A DNA stretch of 64,000 bases from a virus (Duplodnaviria; Caudoviricetes): positions 1,376 through 65,375 of IMG/VR virus record IMGVR_UViG_3300042379_000183; one strand, 5' to 3'. Of the stretch, positions 48,201 to 57,756 are shown piece by piece. The notes beneath the pieces are model-generated. The model worked only from the letters and a program-made list of their open reading frames with translations. It searched no databases and was not told the DNA's origin. The position numbers and the translations under genes are program-made. Within the stretch, counting starts at the first letter, position 1. Every line of letters begins with the position of its first letter.

Positions 48201-50584
48201 GAACTACCTGCACCACCGCCAGAACCACCTACGTTACCATCATTTCCAGTAAGAGTATATCCATTATATGCACCACCACCACCACCACCTACTGTAGTAA
48301 TAGTAGCAAATGTAGAACTACCTCCATTAGACCCATGACTACCCTGCCCTGTACCTTTTAATCCACCAGCACCTACAGTAACGGTAATAGGTGTACCCGT
48401 ACCAACTACTAAATTAGAGCCTGCTAGTAGTCCTCCACCACCACCACCACCTGCTAGTGAGCCCCCACCTCCACCTCCACCAGCAACTACTAGGTAATCT
48501 ACAATAGAAGCTATAACATTAGTTGGTACTGTTTCAGTAATAGCACCAATATTCGATATAGCATTAGCAACTTGTGTTTTTGCAAGCGGCGCAGTTGGGG
48601 GCGTGAATGCACCGGTATATACTGCTACTCCCTTGACTATGCGTAAATTAGAGATATATCCATTCCATGTGTATCCACTATATCCTGGAATTCCACTAAT
48701 CCATAACGCATTAGCATTATTATAATTATATCCAGTTGTAGTTCCACCGGCTAGTGTTTGAAGTACGCCATTATAATAAACAGAAACGGCTCCGGCATTT
48801 AAAACAAACGCAACATGAACCCAAGTATTTAAAGATATTGCACTAGTACAATACACAACTGCATTACCAGTAGTATCTACAAACGAAACTCTATTGCTAC
48901 TATCTAAAAATAAATCAATAGCGGAACCAGAGTTAGTTATACTAACGAATCGTTGGTTAACCTGACCGCCTAAAGTACAATAGAGCCAAGCTTCTATAGT
49001 ACCAGTAGTGCCTAATGCCCAAGTTGAACTCGCTGGCAATGTAAGATAATCTGAAGTGCCTCCAGAAAAATACATCGAACCACTTCCAAGATTTACGTCG
49101 TATGGATACGTTTTAGTAAAGGGACTGACGGAGCCTTGAGTAACTTTTCCATTGCGCGTTATTGCAACAGCATTGACACTACCGTCTAAAAATACATTGT
49201 TGTTACGTGTATTCGCAGGACCATCTGCTTGAAGTAATAAGCTAACGTTATTCCAGTAAGGATCGGTCTCGACCCAACCACCTGTGATGGCTTTTAACTG
49301 TGCCTCGTTCATGGCAGTATTATAATACTCAACCTTCTGAATTCGTCCTCTCCATGCAAATAGGTTGTCGACCGGACGACTACCTATAGTAAGAGTAGTA
49401 GCCGGATTAGGGATACTTACTGAGGTATTAGAACCAGATGTTGTTCCATTGCAGCAGGATAGCTGTTTATTTCTAGTATTAGACATAGCTATCTTACCGA
49501 GCGTGAACGCTGGCCAGATCGGTTCTATGTCTAGTAGCGTGTTGGTACCCTGAGCGGTAACAACTCCAATGCCTGCACCGAAATAATAGCGAGCAAGGTT
49601 CATTCGGTTCTGGAAGGCACCATTGCTAAGCGGCCCTGTATAAGACTTATCGTGCAGCGCAACACAGTTTTGTAATGGGCTTAGTAGTGTAGCCGTAGGT
49701 ATACCCTGGAAAAACAACGTGCTGGCTTCAGAGTTGTAGAAGGACGAGATCGAGTTGACTTCTGCGATGTCAATACCACGTGTAACAGCTACCGTAGTAG
49801 TAGGAATATATGAGCTTGAGGTGTCACCAAGTTCCGCTTGCATGCCCCATATATATACAGTTGAACTGGCACCTGGAATTAAACAGGTAGAATAATATGT
49901 AGTAGACGCAGCACAAGATGTCACAACAGTACATTTATACCAACCATTTCCGGCATTCTCAATATAAGCATTCTGGTTACCGGCTCCACCATATGTTAAG
50001 ATGGTTCCAACAGCACCGTTTGTCAAGTCAAACGTACAATTAATGCCGGCTCCATAACCAGATGTTGCTAGACTAACACTTATCGTAGTAGAGGTGCCGG
50101 CTTTTGCATACACCGAAGTTGAATATATGCTAGCAGAAGTAGTGAAACCCTGATATACATAACCACCCGCAGTAGTATCAGTCAGTAGTGTAGCTGTGGT
50201 ACCGTCTGGTGCTGTACCAGAAGCACTAACCGTTGCCGCATTTAGTACCCATGGGGCAGTACCAAACGACTGACTATATAATAAGACATTAGTACGTGCA
50301 TCTTCAACTAGAAGTCCGCGCATCGCTAGTGTAGCAGGATCATAATCAAAGCGGGGAATATTAATTGCAGCAGTTTGAATTAGCCCATTACTACCTACAT
50401 AAGTACCCGTAGTATCACGCGCAAACGTAATTTTAGGATCTAAAATGCCTGTAGTAAAGTCTAAAGATAATGCTGCATTGCCAATCGATTTAAGAATGGC
50501 AAAGAACGTTCTAAATGAGCTTAACATATCAATATGTAAATCCCTGTGCCGTTGATCCATACCAATTAGTACCATCAGAAACAA
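45227..50584 (-). CDS. Large fibre/decoration protein with ConA/LamG-like domains and three glycine-rich domains; likely start near 50527
   Basis: PRFDYDP…GLLVEDARTN N-terminal module; two LamG-like units (TIE.W…WVHVA…GYI..LRI.KG.A.Y); three LVVAGG…G.V..R Gly-rich units. Confidence 0.75.
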   Translation of the reverse strand: MFLMVLIGMDQRHRDLHIDMLSSFRTFFAILKSIGNAALSLDFTTGILDPKITFARDTTGTYVGSNGLIQTAAINIPRFDYDPATLAMRGLLVEDARTNVLLYSQSFGTAPWVLNAATVSASGTAPDGTTATLLTDTTAGGYVYQGFTTSASIYSTSVYAKAGTSTTISVSLATSGYGAGINCTFDLTNGAVGTILTYGGAGNQNAYIENAGNGWYKCTVVTSCAASTTYYSTCLIPGASSTVYIWGMQAELGDTSSSYIPTTTVAVTRGIDIAEVNSISSFYNSEASTLFFQGIPTATLLSPLQNCVALHDKSYTGPLSNGAFQNRMNLARYYFGAGIGVVTAQGTNTLLDIEPIWPAFTLGKIAMSNTRNKQLSCCNGTTSGSNTSVSIPNPATTLTIGSRPVDNLFAWRGRIQKVEYYNTAMNEAQLKAITGGWVETDPYWNNVSLLLQADGPANTRNNNVFLDGSVNAVAITRNGKVTQGSVSPFTKTYPYDVNLGSGSMYFSGGTSDYLTLPASSTWALGTTGTIEAWLYCTLGGQVNQRFVSITNSGSAIDLFLDSSNRVSFVDTTGNAVVYCTSAISLNTWVHVAFVLNAGAVSVYYNGVLQTLAGGTTTGYNYNNANALWISGIPGYSGYTWNGYISNLRIVKGVAVYTGAFTPPTAPLAKTQVANAISNIGAITETVPTNVIASIVDYLVVAGGGGGGGSLAGGGGGGGLLAGSNLVVGTGTPITVTVGAGGLKGTGQGSHGSNGGSSTFATITTVGGGGGGAYNGYTLTGNDGNVGGSGGGAGSSEVAQTHNGGAGTDGQGYAGGSTLGRNTYNSGGGGGAGGAGSPGVAAGGGFGGVGLTSSITGTSTYYAGGGGGAGYGAIAGQVAGVGGLGGGASGESVTNTVAPNGIANTGGGGGGGCYVYAGTGSGGTGGDGVVIIRHLSTEPVAITTGSPVVTTSNGYRIYKFNTSGTIQFSISPTPTAIPFSLESLVVAGGGGGGGSHGAGGGGGAGGLVYHPNKTVAFGAGIPIIIGAGGQGGRYYAASTTGSYGTTNNSHGFAGGNSVFGDIIAQGGGGGNEAFYTDSVYKNGGSGGGAGDYYFGVANPGASRGGLATQTNSGGGTGYGFPGGSRGPGGPTTAEDSSHAVPHEGSGGGGAGGTATGGGSSTASNGGIGRYYQQFTNAGFPAGWFAGGGGGGYYTNGPITPTNIPGSNTGAKGGGGRGRDGASTNATVGVANTGGGGGGGSGNNTAPNAPDGGSGIVILRHLDLFPIATTTGSPTIVTSGGYTTYTFTSSGTIKWGTSPTGLLLNGANAAIVDTTGNNILETVGDSQISTAVRQYGTGSLKFDGTGDYLSTPATPALAFGSGDFTIEGWVYANALNSYNGVFAQWPASDGSASNSYVLESVGSSMNFYWVSGVTLYGPATLGTITTGSWIHYAICRSGNTLYPFKNGVLGTTVSITQTLNSPTSAITVGGAVAAGGHWNGYIDDLRITKGVARYTAAFTPPVTALPFVPQLVAPVAASAMPLAIETLVVAGGAGGGGWGGGGGAGGLIHNPLYTVTSGSSYVITVGAGGIAGTTSYSSGGDGSYSRFGTMTSVGGGGAGHYQGFAGRFGGSGGGGGGHSIVSTQVGGYGIIGQGNAGGTSGGYDNSNYYGSGGGGGASAVGTNHSGYTGGGGGIGTAYSISGIPTYYGGGGGGHTPTAGYGIAAGGGGGGGAGGCYYSNISAVSGTANTGGGGGGGYYGIGAGGSGVVIIRYLDTYLPASATTGSPTYTVVNGYRVYKFTASGSITF

Positions 50585-51419
50585 ATGAAAATATATCCAT
50601 TTTATTTACTGCAGCAGTTACAATCGGTGCGCCTGAAGAACCCCATTTAACATTAGTAAAAGTTGCTGTAGTTGGTGTACCTGTAGTAGGTTGTTTTAAG
50701 ATTAAAGTAAATGAAGCTCCGGCTGCAACTGTAGGCATAGTAAATGTACATGCAGTCGCTGTGGTAAGAGTAGCAGTTAAAACTGTACCCGCTGAAATAG
50801 CTAATGTAGCTGTAGCTCCTACTGTGCCATTGACTACTACACTTTCAATAAATCCAGAAATTACTGGTCTAGTGAGTGTAGGAGTAGTACTAAATACTAA
50901 GGAGCCGCTACCTGTTTCATCTGTCACTGCTGCAAGTAAGTTAGCACTATTGGGGGTAGCTAGGAAAGTAGATACATTAGCACCTAATCCGGTTATACTA
51001 GCAAGAGTGCCTCCTGGCCCTACCGGGCCTACAGCTCCACCACCTGCCTGAGAAGCTTCAATCCAAGCACCTGTCATCCTAACATATAAAGAGCCATCTG
51101 TAGTATCATACCAGACGGTACCATCTATAGGTAAAGAAGGTGCTGTTGCACCTGCATATGTAGCTACAATAGATGCATCATTTAAATATCCAAGTACTTC
51201 GATCTCATCATTAAGTGCAGCACCTACCACTAATGTAATCGAAGTTCCCGTAGTTGCAGTATAGTCTGTAGCATTTAAATGTACACCATTCTGGTATACT
51301 TCTACAAATGAAGGGGAATAAGTTACCGCAAAGATTGTCTGCCCTGCGGTAGCTATGTAACTTCTCTTATCTATGGCAGTTTTACCACTACCTTGTACTA
51401 ATGCACTTAACTGAGTCAT
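50529..51419 (-). CDS. Fibre-related virion protein
   Basis: ATAGQTIF…VEVYQNGVHL…DYTAT.GTSITL; C-terminal DIFSFVSDGTNWYG. Confidence 0.65.
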   Translation of the reverse strand: MTQLSALVQGSGKTAIDKRSYIATAGQTIFAVTYSPSFVEVYQNGVHLNATDYTATTGTSITLVVGAALNDEIEVLGYLNDASIVATYAGATAPSLPIDGTVWYDTTDGSLYVRMTGAWIEASQAGGGAVGPVGPGGTLASITGLGANVSTFLATPNSANLLAAVTDETGSGSLVFSTTPTLTRPVISGFIESVVVNGTVGATATLAISAGTVLTATLTTATACTFTMPTVAAGASFTLILKQPTTGTPTTATFTNVKWGSSGAPIVTAAVNKMDIFSFVSDGTNWYGSTAQGFTY

Positions 51420-51422
51420 AAG

Positions 51423-51842
51423 TTATCTTTCGTTAGGCTGAATAGGATCAGTTAGAATCTTAGCAGCACGTTCCTGGGTGAGTAAACCTTTGGTTACTAA
51501 CATCGGGAATCCTGCAACTACTCTGCTACCATCAGCCAAGTCAATTGTAGTAGCAGCATCGAATCTAGTTTTCCAGAGCTCTACTTCCGCATTAGTTTTG
51601 GCAGCATTAATGATGCCGATAAATTCCGCATCGGTCATGCGATTTAGGAGTGCTAACTTAGTAATAATACTAGGTAATACTACAGCGGGTCCATCAACGA
51701 ATACGTTGTTCTCATATTTTTTACCTAGCATGACAATGTCATATTCTGCAATTTCTATCATGTTTGGTAAATCTATAATACCGGCAGCTTGAGTTACTCC
51801 AACTACAATATTGTTATCATTTAATTGTGCATAATTTGTCAT
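51423..51842 (-). CDS. Possible fibre assembly/chaperone protein
   Basis: YAQL…GLLTQERAAKIL; downstream of fibre genes. Confidence 0.55.
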   Translation of the reverse strand: MTNYAQLNDNNIVVGVTQAAGIIDLPNMIEIAEYDIVMLGKKYENNVFVDGPAVVLPSIITKLALLNRMTDAEFIGIINAAKTNAEVELWKTRFDAATTIDLADGSRVVAGFPMLVTKGLLTQERAAKILTDPIQPNER

Positions 51843-51850
51843 ATTATTCC

Positions 51851-52150
51851 TTAAACATATTCAATTATTTGCCAATACCCACCAAACCCCGTCCACATAC
51901 TACCATAATAAAAGGGCCCATAAACTGTAAGTACAGTACTAGTTAGTGATTGTGGCGTAGGATCAATACTGGCACTTGCACCCCCAGCAGCATATCCGCC
52001 GTATAAAAATACTAGTGATTTAGCGGGGTTAATAGCACTAATAGATATAGAATAACTACTTCCGCCATTTGGTGGTGTATAAGATCCACGTTGAACGCTC
52101 TTTACAGCCCCTACACCAGGACCGGTAGAAGGTATTGTATATAATGCCAT
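51851..52150 (-). CDS. Virion fibre-associated protein, paralog of 42499..42816
   Basis: VKSVQRG…ISISAINPAK…WQIIEY. Confidence 0.65.
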   Translation of the reverse strand: MALYTIPSTGPGVGAVKSVQRGSYTPPNGGSSYSISISAINPAKSLVFLYGGYAAGGASASIDPTPQSLTSTVLTVYGPFYYGSMWTGFGGYWQIIEYV

Positions 52151-53478
52151 TATTTTACCCTTATATATTGGTTAAGTGTAGAATCCGTACGTCCCACATG
52201 AGTTGCAGCTAATCCTGGAAGCGTTGTAAAATTATTATTGGGATTTGCGCTATTTAAAGTATTAAATAACATAAAAGGGCTGCTACTGCTGCTAATAGTA
52301 CCTAAAAATGTTATATTAGTTGAACCCGCTGCCATTCCAGAGACTAAAATAGGGGCAAGAGGTGTCCAAGTTATCCCGTCAGTAGATGAATAAATAGCAG
52401 GACTTACCATATTACTTGAACCATTATCTCGGTATATATAAAATACATTATTAATAACTGTTATTCTAGTTGAAGTAGACACAGCACTCTGAGTTAAATC
52501 AACTTGCGCTCCTGGGTAAAGTCCTAGACTTGCAAAACTAGTAGCTGTAAAAGTTACTCCATTTGCTGTGCGTATAATATACCAGTCAAAGGGACTTACG
52601 CTATTGCGCGCAAGCATAACAGTCGCATTTGTAGAATTTGCGCATAATGCGCTTTGACCCCATATACCACCATTACCTACATCTATATTGCCAGGTAATC
52701 CAGCTATTGTCGTACCTAATTTAACCCAAGCGATACCGTCAGTGCTAGTTCCATATTCCCCGTTACCTCCAATAACAATAAATTTTGAGGCGGCTATTGA
52801 CCAGGTCAATAAAAGTGGAATATATATTGATCCTGTTATAGTAGTAGTGACAAGAGTTGGACCTCCGGCTGGCGTCCACTTAAACATTGTAGTAGACGCA
52901 TTGTCAATAGTAGTCTTACTACCTATTACTAAAGACCCATCGGGTTTACTAGCTAATGCAGTCCAGTTGGTAGCACCAGTTGAACCCAATACAATGAGAG
53001 TAGTAGGACTAGCACCTGATATAGCCATAATACAATTATACCCTGCAGGACCATTATATCCCGACATGAATATATAGGGGGTAGCAGCAGGAACAGCTAT
53101 CGCATCCCATATGGCATAACTACTAGACATTCCAGCGTCTGAGCTGATAGGTCCAGTTAAATTTGAGGTTCTATAAGATATATTATTTGCTGCAGAAATA
53201 TTAGGAGTTACAATAAATGTTGTAGTTCCTGCACCTAATACAAAAGGTCTAAGTACTGTAGCCGTCGATGTTGTAGCGCTATAAACACCAGTATTTGATA
53301 CAATTGCTCCTAAACCTGGATTAGAAGCTAATGAGGTTTCATAACCTGCTACAGTATCAAGAACTCCTGCGCGTAAGAAGATTTGTCCATTAATAGTAAC
53401 TTGACTTGAACTATGGTTAAGTGTAATACTTTCGCCAATAGCTATTTGGCGTCCTGCAAATTGTGCTGCATATGTCAT
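52150..53478 (-). CDS. Beta-propeller-like (Asp-box) fibre / receptor-binding protein
   Basis: Repeated STDGIAW, TANGVTF, SSTDGITW; ends YIRVK. Confidence 0.6.
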   Translation of the reverse strand: MTYAAQFAGRQIAIGESITLNHSSSQVTINGQIFLRAGVLDTVAGYETSLASNPGLGAIVSNTGVYSATTSTATVLRPFVLGAGTTTFIVTPNISAANNISYRTSNLTGPISSDAGMSSSYAIWDAIAVPAATPYIFMSGYNGPAGYNCIMAISGASPTTLIVLGSTGATNWTALASKPDGSLVIGSKTTIDNASTTMFKWTPAGGPTLVTTTITGSIYIPLLLTWSIAASKFIVIGGNGEYGTSTDGIAWVKLGTTIAGLPGNIDVGNGGIWGQSALCANSTNATVMLARNSVSPFDWYIIRTANGVTFTATSFASLGLYPGAQVDLTQSAVSTSTRITVINNVFYIYRDNGSSNMVSPAIYSSTDGITWTPLAPILVSGMAAGSTNITFLGTISSSSSPFMLFNTLNSANPNNNFTTLPGLAATHVGRTDSTLNQYIRVK

Positions 53479-55814
53479 TACATTATTCTCCAGCCTAGGG
53501 TGGCATTAATATATCGCATTTGATAATTTGCGTTTGCGTTATCTAGTATCATATCTTCTGCCGTTCCCATTATATTATTACCGTTTCTAGCCAAGATATT
53601 TGTAAGAAGACCATTACCTGGAGTTGCCCAAACAATATCTCCGGCTGCAGGGCTTGCTGGTAATGTCAGTGTAGATACTGCCACATTAGTTAGAACATAT
53701 TGATTATAAGCTACAGCAGTCTGAGTAGTTGTAGTAACTATATTCAGATCGGGAGTACCTGCTAGACCCTGGGGCCCAATCGGACCTATTGGACCCTGTG
53801 GGCCAATATTTGACATAACCTGCCAAGTAGTTCCATCATAAATCAATTGAACCATTAAGCCTTTAACATCAAATACTAAATCGGTAGTAGAAGCTTCAAT
53901 TGTACTACCATTACGTGCTACAGTTAAGTTATTAGTTGCCCAATTTCCTGCATCCATAAAGTAAACGTAATCGCCTGCTGCTGGACTAGCTGGTAGAGTG
54001 ACTGTGAATGCTGCTGCAGTAGTATCTGTTACATACTGTTTTTTAGTAGTTGCAGTAGTATTCGCAGTGATTTTTTCCCAAGCTCCTCCACCTGTAGCAG
54101 CAGTTGCTTGAACGGTACCATCTGGGAACTTGAAACCAGTTAGTGTGGATTCTATCTGTCCGGCTACTGTTAATTTACTACCTGAGCTAACAGTACCAAT
54201 ACTTAAACGCCCGGAAGAATCTAAACGCATTCTTTCAGGGATGCTAATAGCACTAGTATTATCTAAACCAGTTCCCCAAACTATTCCACCATCAGCACCA
54301 GCACCACCATTAAACTGCTGCCAAGCCATCCAAGTAGCATCAATCTTTTGTTGAAATCTAAATCCTGCAGTTAACCAATTGTTTCCAGTAGCAGTTCTAG
54401 TATTAGTAATTTCCAAATAGTCTGCATTTCCTGAACCTGAGAATAGTTGTATAAGTTTATCTTGGCTACCTGCAATTGAGCCTAAAGCAGCACCACCAAT
54501 ATCTAGTTTATAAGTTGGAGCAGTTCGACCGATTCCTAGATTACCAGCTAAGTAATTATCAGCAGTACCTGCCATGTACAGGTTGTAGCGGTTGGTGCCT
54601 GCTGCTATTGCGCCGTAGAAACCGTAGTTGTAGGTTGCGCCAGTAAGGCCGGAAGAAACGAGATAACCGTATTGGCTTGTAATTGATGAACCGGCTCCAA
54701 TATCCCCGGATGCGTTAAAATGTACAAGAGAACTTAAATTAAACGCTGCGGCCTGCGTAACAATATAAGAGTTAAAGCCGTAAACAGCCGAAGTTACATC
54801 TGATGATACACTTGCAGATAGCGCAAAACCATAACTGTTAACTGCACCCGTTATATTTTTTAAGCTGGCGACAGAAAACCCCGCAGGAGCAGTACCCCCA
54901 ATACCAACGTTACCAGAACTACCAATGCGCATACGTTCATTAGTACCAGCAGCAATGATTACAGTATCCGACAGGCCAGCAGTCCCGGCAACTGATCCTA
55001 TGATTGTGTTGTTGCTGCCTGTGGTTAGGGAGGAGCCCGCACCAGAACCTATACCAATATTGGTTGAGCCTGTACTGGCGACCAAAGAATTGTTACCAAT
55101 TGAGGTATTGGAACCACCAGATATATTTGCGTATAACGCCAAATACCCAACCGCCGCATTTGACACCCCTGTGGTATTTTGAGCAAGCGCCCCAAATCCA
55201 AATGCGTTATTATAATTTCCTGAAGTATTAGCATTGAGTGCGTATGCACCCGCTCCTGTGTTATTACCCCCACTGAGAGTAGCTGCGCCCAGCGCCCCGA
55301 CACCAACCGCAGTATTGTTGGCAACAGCATTAGCCCCCAGCCCCACGGTCAGACCTTGGATCACTGCGCCGCCAGTTAGGGTTGAGACGCCTGTGACACC
55401 AAGGGTTGTGCTGGCTGTGATCGCTGCGGCCCCAAGTGTGCCAGTAAAAGTAGGACTAGCAGTAGGCGCTTTATTATTAAAAGTAAGCCAATTTGTATTA
55501 CTTAAATAGCCTGCCGCTGTTCCACTTGCTACTGGAATACTAATAGCTGGAGTAGTTCCACCACTTGATATAATAGGTGCAGTAGCAGTTACTGATGTGA
55601 CTCCACCTGGAGATCCATTAGCTGCTGCTGTAATTCTACCTCGAGAATCTACGGTTAAATTAGTATTAGTATAAGCACCAGCCGTAACTGCAGTATTAGC
55701 AAGTGCAGCTACAACGTCTGTATTAAGATTGATAAAGTTATTATCAAGTTGTGTGTTGGATAGAGGCCCATTTATAGCAGTTGCCCCGGTATCACGTGTA
55801 ACTATAGTAGCCAT
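53478..55814 (-). CDS. Long fibre protein
   Basis: LDNNFINLN N-terminus, VDSRGRITAA, NTAVG..AL adhesin-like repeats, ERMRI..SGNVGIG, short collagen tract, two TLPASPAAGD domains. Confidence 0.75.
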   Translation of the reverse strand: MATIVTRDTGATAINGPLSNTQLDNNFINLNTDVVAALANTAVTAGAYTNTNLTVDSRGRITAAANGSPGGVTSVTATAPIISSGGTTPAISIPVASGTAAGYLSNTNWLTFNNKAPTASPTFTGTLGAAAITASTTLGVTGVSTLTGGAVIQGLTVGLGANAVANNTAVGVGALGAATLSGGNNTGAGAYALNANTSGNYNNAFGFGALAQNTTGVSNAAVGYLALYANISGGSNTSIGNNSLVASTGSTNIGIGSGAGSSLTTGSNNTIIGSVAGTAGLSDTVIIAAGTNERMRIGSSGNVGIGGTAPAGFSVASLKNITGAVNSYGFALSASVSSDVTSAVYGFNSYIVTQAAAFNLSSLVHFNASGDIGAGSSITSQYGYLVSSGLTGATYNYGFYGAIAAGTNRYNLYMAGTADNYLAGNLGIGRTAPTYKLDIGGAALGSIAGSQDKLIQLFSGSGNADYLEITNTRTATGNNWLTAGFRFQQKIDATWMAWQQFNGGAGADGGIVWGTGLDNTSAISIPERMRLDSSGRLSIGTVSSGSKLTVAGQIESTLTGFKFPDGTVQATAATGGGAWEKITANTTATTKKQYVTDTTAAAFTVTLPASPAAGDYVYFMDAGNWATNNLTVARNGSTIEASTTDLVFDVKGLMVQLIYDGTTWQVMSNIGPQGPIGPIGPQGLAGTPDLNIVTTTTQTAVAYNQYVLTNVAVSTLTLPASPAAGDIVWATPGNGLLTNILARNGNNIMGTAEDMILDNANANYQMRYINATLGWRIM

Positions 55815-55847
55815 AATAGCCTCCTCCTATTTAATAAATAAAGCGAG

Positions 55848-56318
55848 TTAAGCGATCGTAATTTTCCAAGTGATCGTCAAGGTATCATTTGTACCTTTAT
55901 TGATCACGGCAAATGTTGTTCTTGCAAGCATTGTAGCTGTATTCGCGGTAACAACATTGAAAATACCAGCTTCTGTTAACGCGGCAGTGCCTGTCCCGGC
56001 AGCAAACGTAGTAACATACTGAACGGTATCACTTGCAACAGTTGTTGTAGTAATCGTGACAGCAGAAGAACTACGAGCAACTTCAGCACCTAACAGTGTT
56101 TGTGTATCAGCAGTTGGTGATGTAGCATTGGCCGAACCTGTACCAACAGCAATCCAACCCATTGCAGCAGGACTTGTCACACCTGCCATACGAGCTGCAA
56201 TATATGTTAATCCACTATCAACAACAATATTTGTACTTCTAGTATCTTTTACATTGCCATTTTCGTCTTTTAGAACGAATTGAACAACACCAGTTGCACT
56301 AATCTTTTCTTGTAACAT
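55848..56318 (-). CDS. Fibre-base-like structural protein
   Basis: IAVGTG…EAGIFN…INKG..DTLTITWKIT. Confidence 0.65.
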   Translation of the reverse strand: MLQEKISATGVVQFVLKDENGNVKDTRSTNIVVDSGLTYIAARMAGVTSPAAMGWIAVGTGSANATSPTADTQTLLGAEVARSSSAVTITTTTVASDTVQYVTTFAAGTGTAALTEAGIFNVVTANTATMLARTTFAVINKGTNDTLTITWKITIA

Positions 56319-56341
56319 TTAAATTCCTTAATTTGATAGTC

Positions 56342-57751
56342 TTAGAAGACTCGAATTTGTCCAACATACCCCGGAGTAACATATGCATTTGCAAAGTAAC
56401 CTTGATTATATATAAGTCCACTTTCTACTGTTGCTGAAAGTTCTAAAAATGTTTTAGCAGTTAAAAGATAAGTAGTATCTGTTGCATTTAATAATTCAAT
56501 ATCAAGTGTTTTTCCAACAAATGCATATTGTTCATCGTCAATACTTGCTGCACCTAATACATCATCACTAGCATATACAGTATCATTTTCAATTCTACCA
56601 AATAAGGGAATTAAAGACGAACTGTCAGAAATACTAACAAAATCTGTTAATTGTTTATTAAACGCACTTATTGAAAATAATTCATTACTTGTTGCTGTTT
56701 CTAAAGGAATTCGATTAAAGTCGCTGATTGTATTAATGACATCCGTTGATAAAGGAGTATCAAACAAATCTCTATTAAAAGCAGTTACATTAGAAAAGAT
56801 GTCTGAAGATGTTGTTGTGTCTATTAAAATTCTTCCATAACCAATAGAAAATAAAACGTCTTCTATTGAAGTTGTGGAATCAGCAATCTCTCTATTAAAT
56901 AACATTAAAGTACTAAGAACATCTGTACTTGTTGTATTATCTAATAAAGTTGGATTAAAACTAACTACTACAATAACAACATCAGAGCCTGTTGCGGTAT
57001 TTGTTAAGTTTCTATCAAAATTAATAGTGGTTGCAAACAATTCTGATGTTGTACTTGTCTCTTGAAGATTTTTAGAAAATGCATTAATGATTGTTTCTGA
57101 AATAATGCTATTGTCAACTAATACTCTATTAAAAAGATTAGTTGTTATAAATACTTCTGAAGTAATCAGATCATCGAACACACTTTTTCCAACAAATGCA
57201 TATTGATCATCATCAATATTAGCTTCGCCAAGAACGTCATCTGTTGGAAAAACACTATCTAATACAGTTCTATTAAATACGGCACTAGAACTAAATACTT
57301 CAAAAACAGTGCTTGAATCAATTTGTGCTTTAGCAAATAAACTTAAATATTGTTCAGATGCTACTCCAGTTTCAGTAATTTCTTTACTTGCATTAAAATA
57401 GATGAAATCACTAGTTATTCCAGATTCATTAAATCCTTTTCCAATTAACTTTAAATTACTTTCTGAGCTTTGGAGCGTTTCATAGGTAATTTTATTTGGG
57501 TTAAGGATAACTACTTCATTTACTGAACTAAAATCTTCATTAAATTTAAATAGTATTGGTTCTAAGATTGAATCTTCACCATAATTTGATAAAACTATCT
57601 CAAATGCTGGATCAGATAGTTGTCCTTGTATCAATGGCTCACTAATACTACCTTGAATAACTGGTTCGATAACAACTGTTTCTTTTATCGTGTTATCAAT
57701 AGGAATTGTGTATTCTTTTGCAGTGGCAGTTATAATCTTAATATCTGCCAT
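56342..57751 (-). CDS. Acidic Ser/Thr-rich repeat protein
   Basis: About 21-aa periodic FNR..D….SD units; duplicated DDVLG.A.IDD.QYAFVGK. Confidence 0.65.
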   Translation of the reverse strand: MADIKIITATAKEYTIPIDNTIKETVVIEPVIQGSISEPLIQGQLSDPAFEIVLSNYGEDSILEPILFKFNEDFSSVNEVVILNPNKITYETLQSSESNLKLIGKGFNESGITSDFIYFNASKEITETGVASEQYLSLFAKAQIDSSTVFEVFSSSAVFNRTVLDSVFPTDDVLGEANIDDDQYAFVGKSVFDDLITSEVFITTNLFNRVLVDNSIISETIINAFSKNLQETSTTSELFATTINFDRNLTNTATGSDVVIVVVSFNPTLLDNTTSTDVLSTLMLFNREIADSTTSIEDVLFSIGYGRILIDTTTSSDIFSNVTAFNRDLFDTPLSTDVINTISDFNRIPLETATSNELFSISAFNKQLTDFVSISDSSSLIPLFGRIENDTVYASDDVLGAASIDDEQYAFVGKTLDIELLNATDTTYLLTAKTFLELSATVESGLIYNQGYFANAYVTPGYVGQIRVF

Positions 57752-57756
57752 CGTAA

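Noticed and set aside
43699-48500. Possible diversity-generating retroelement TR/VR pair among the glycine-rich repeats
   Set aside because: Copies differ at all base types, mostly synonymously, and no reverse transcriptase is present in the window.
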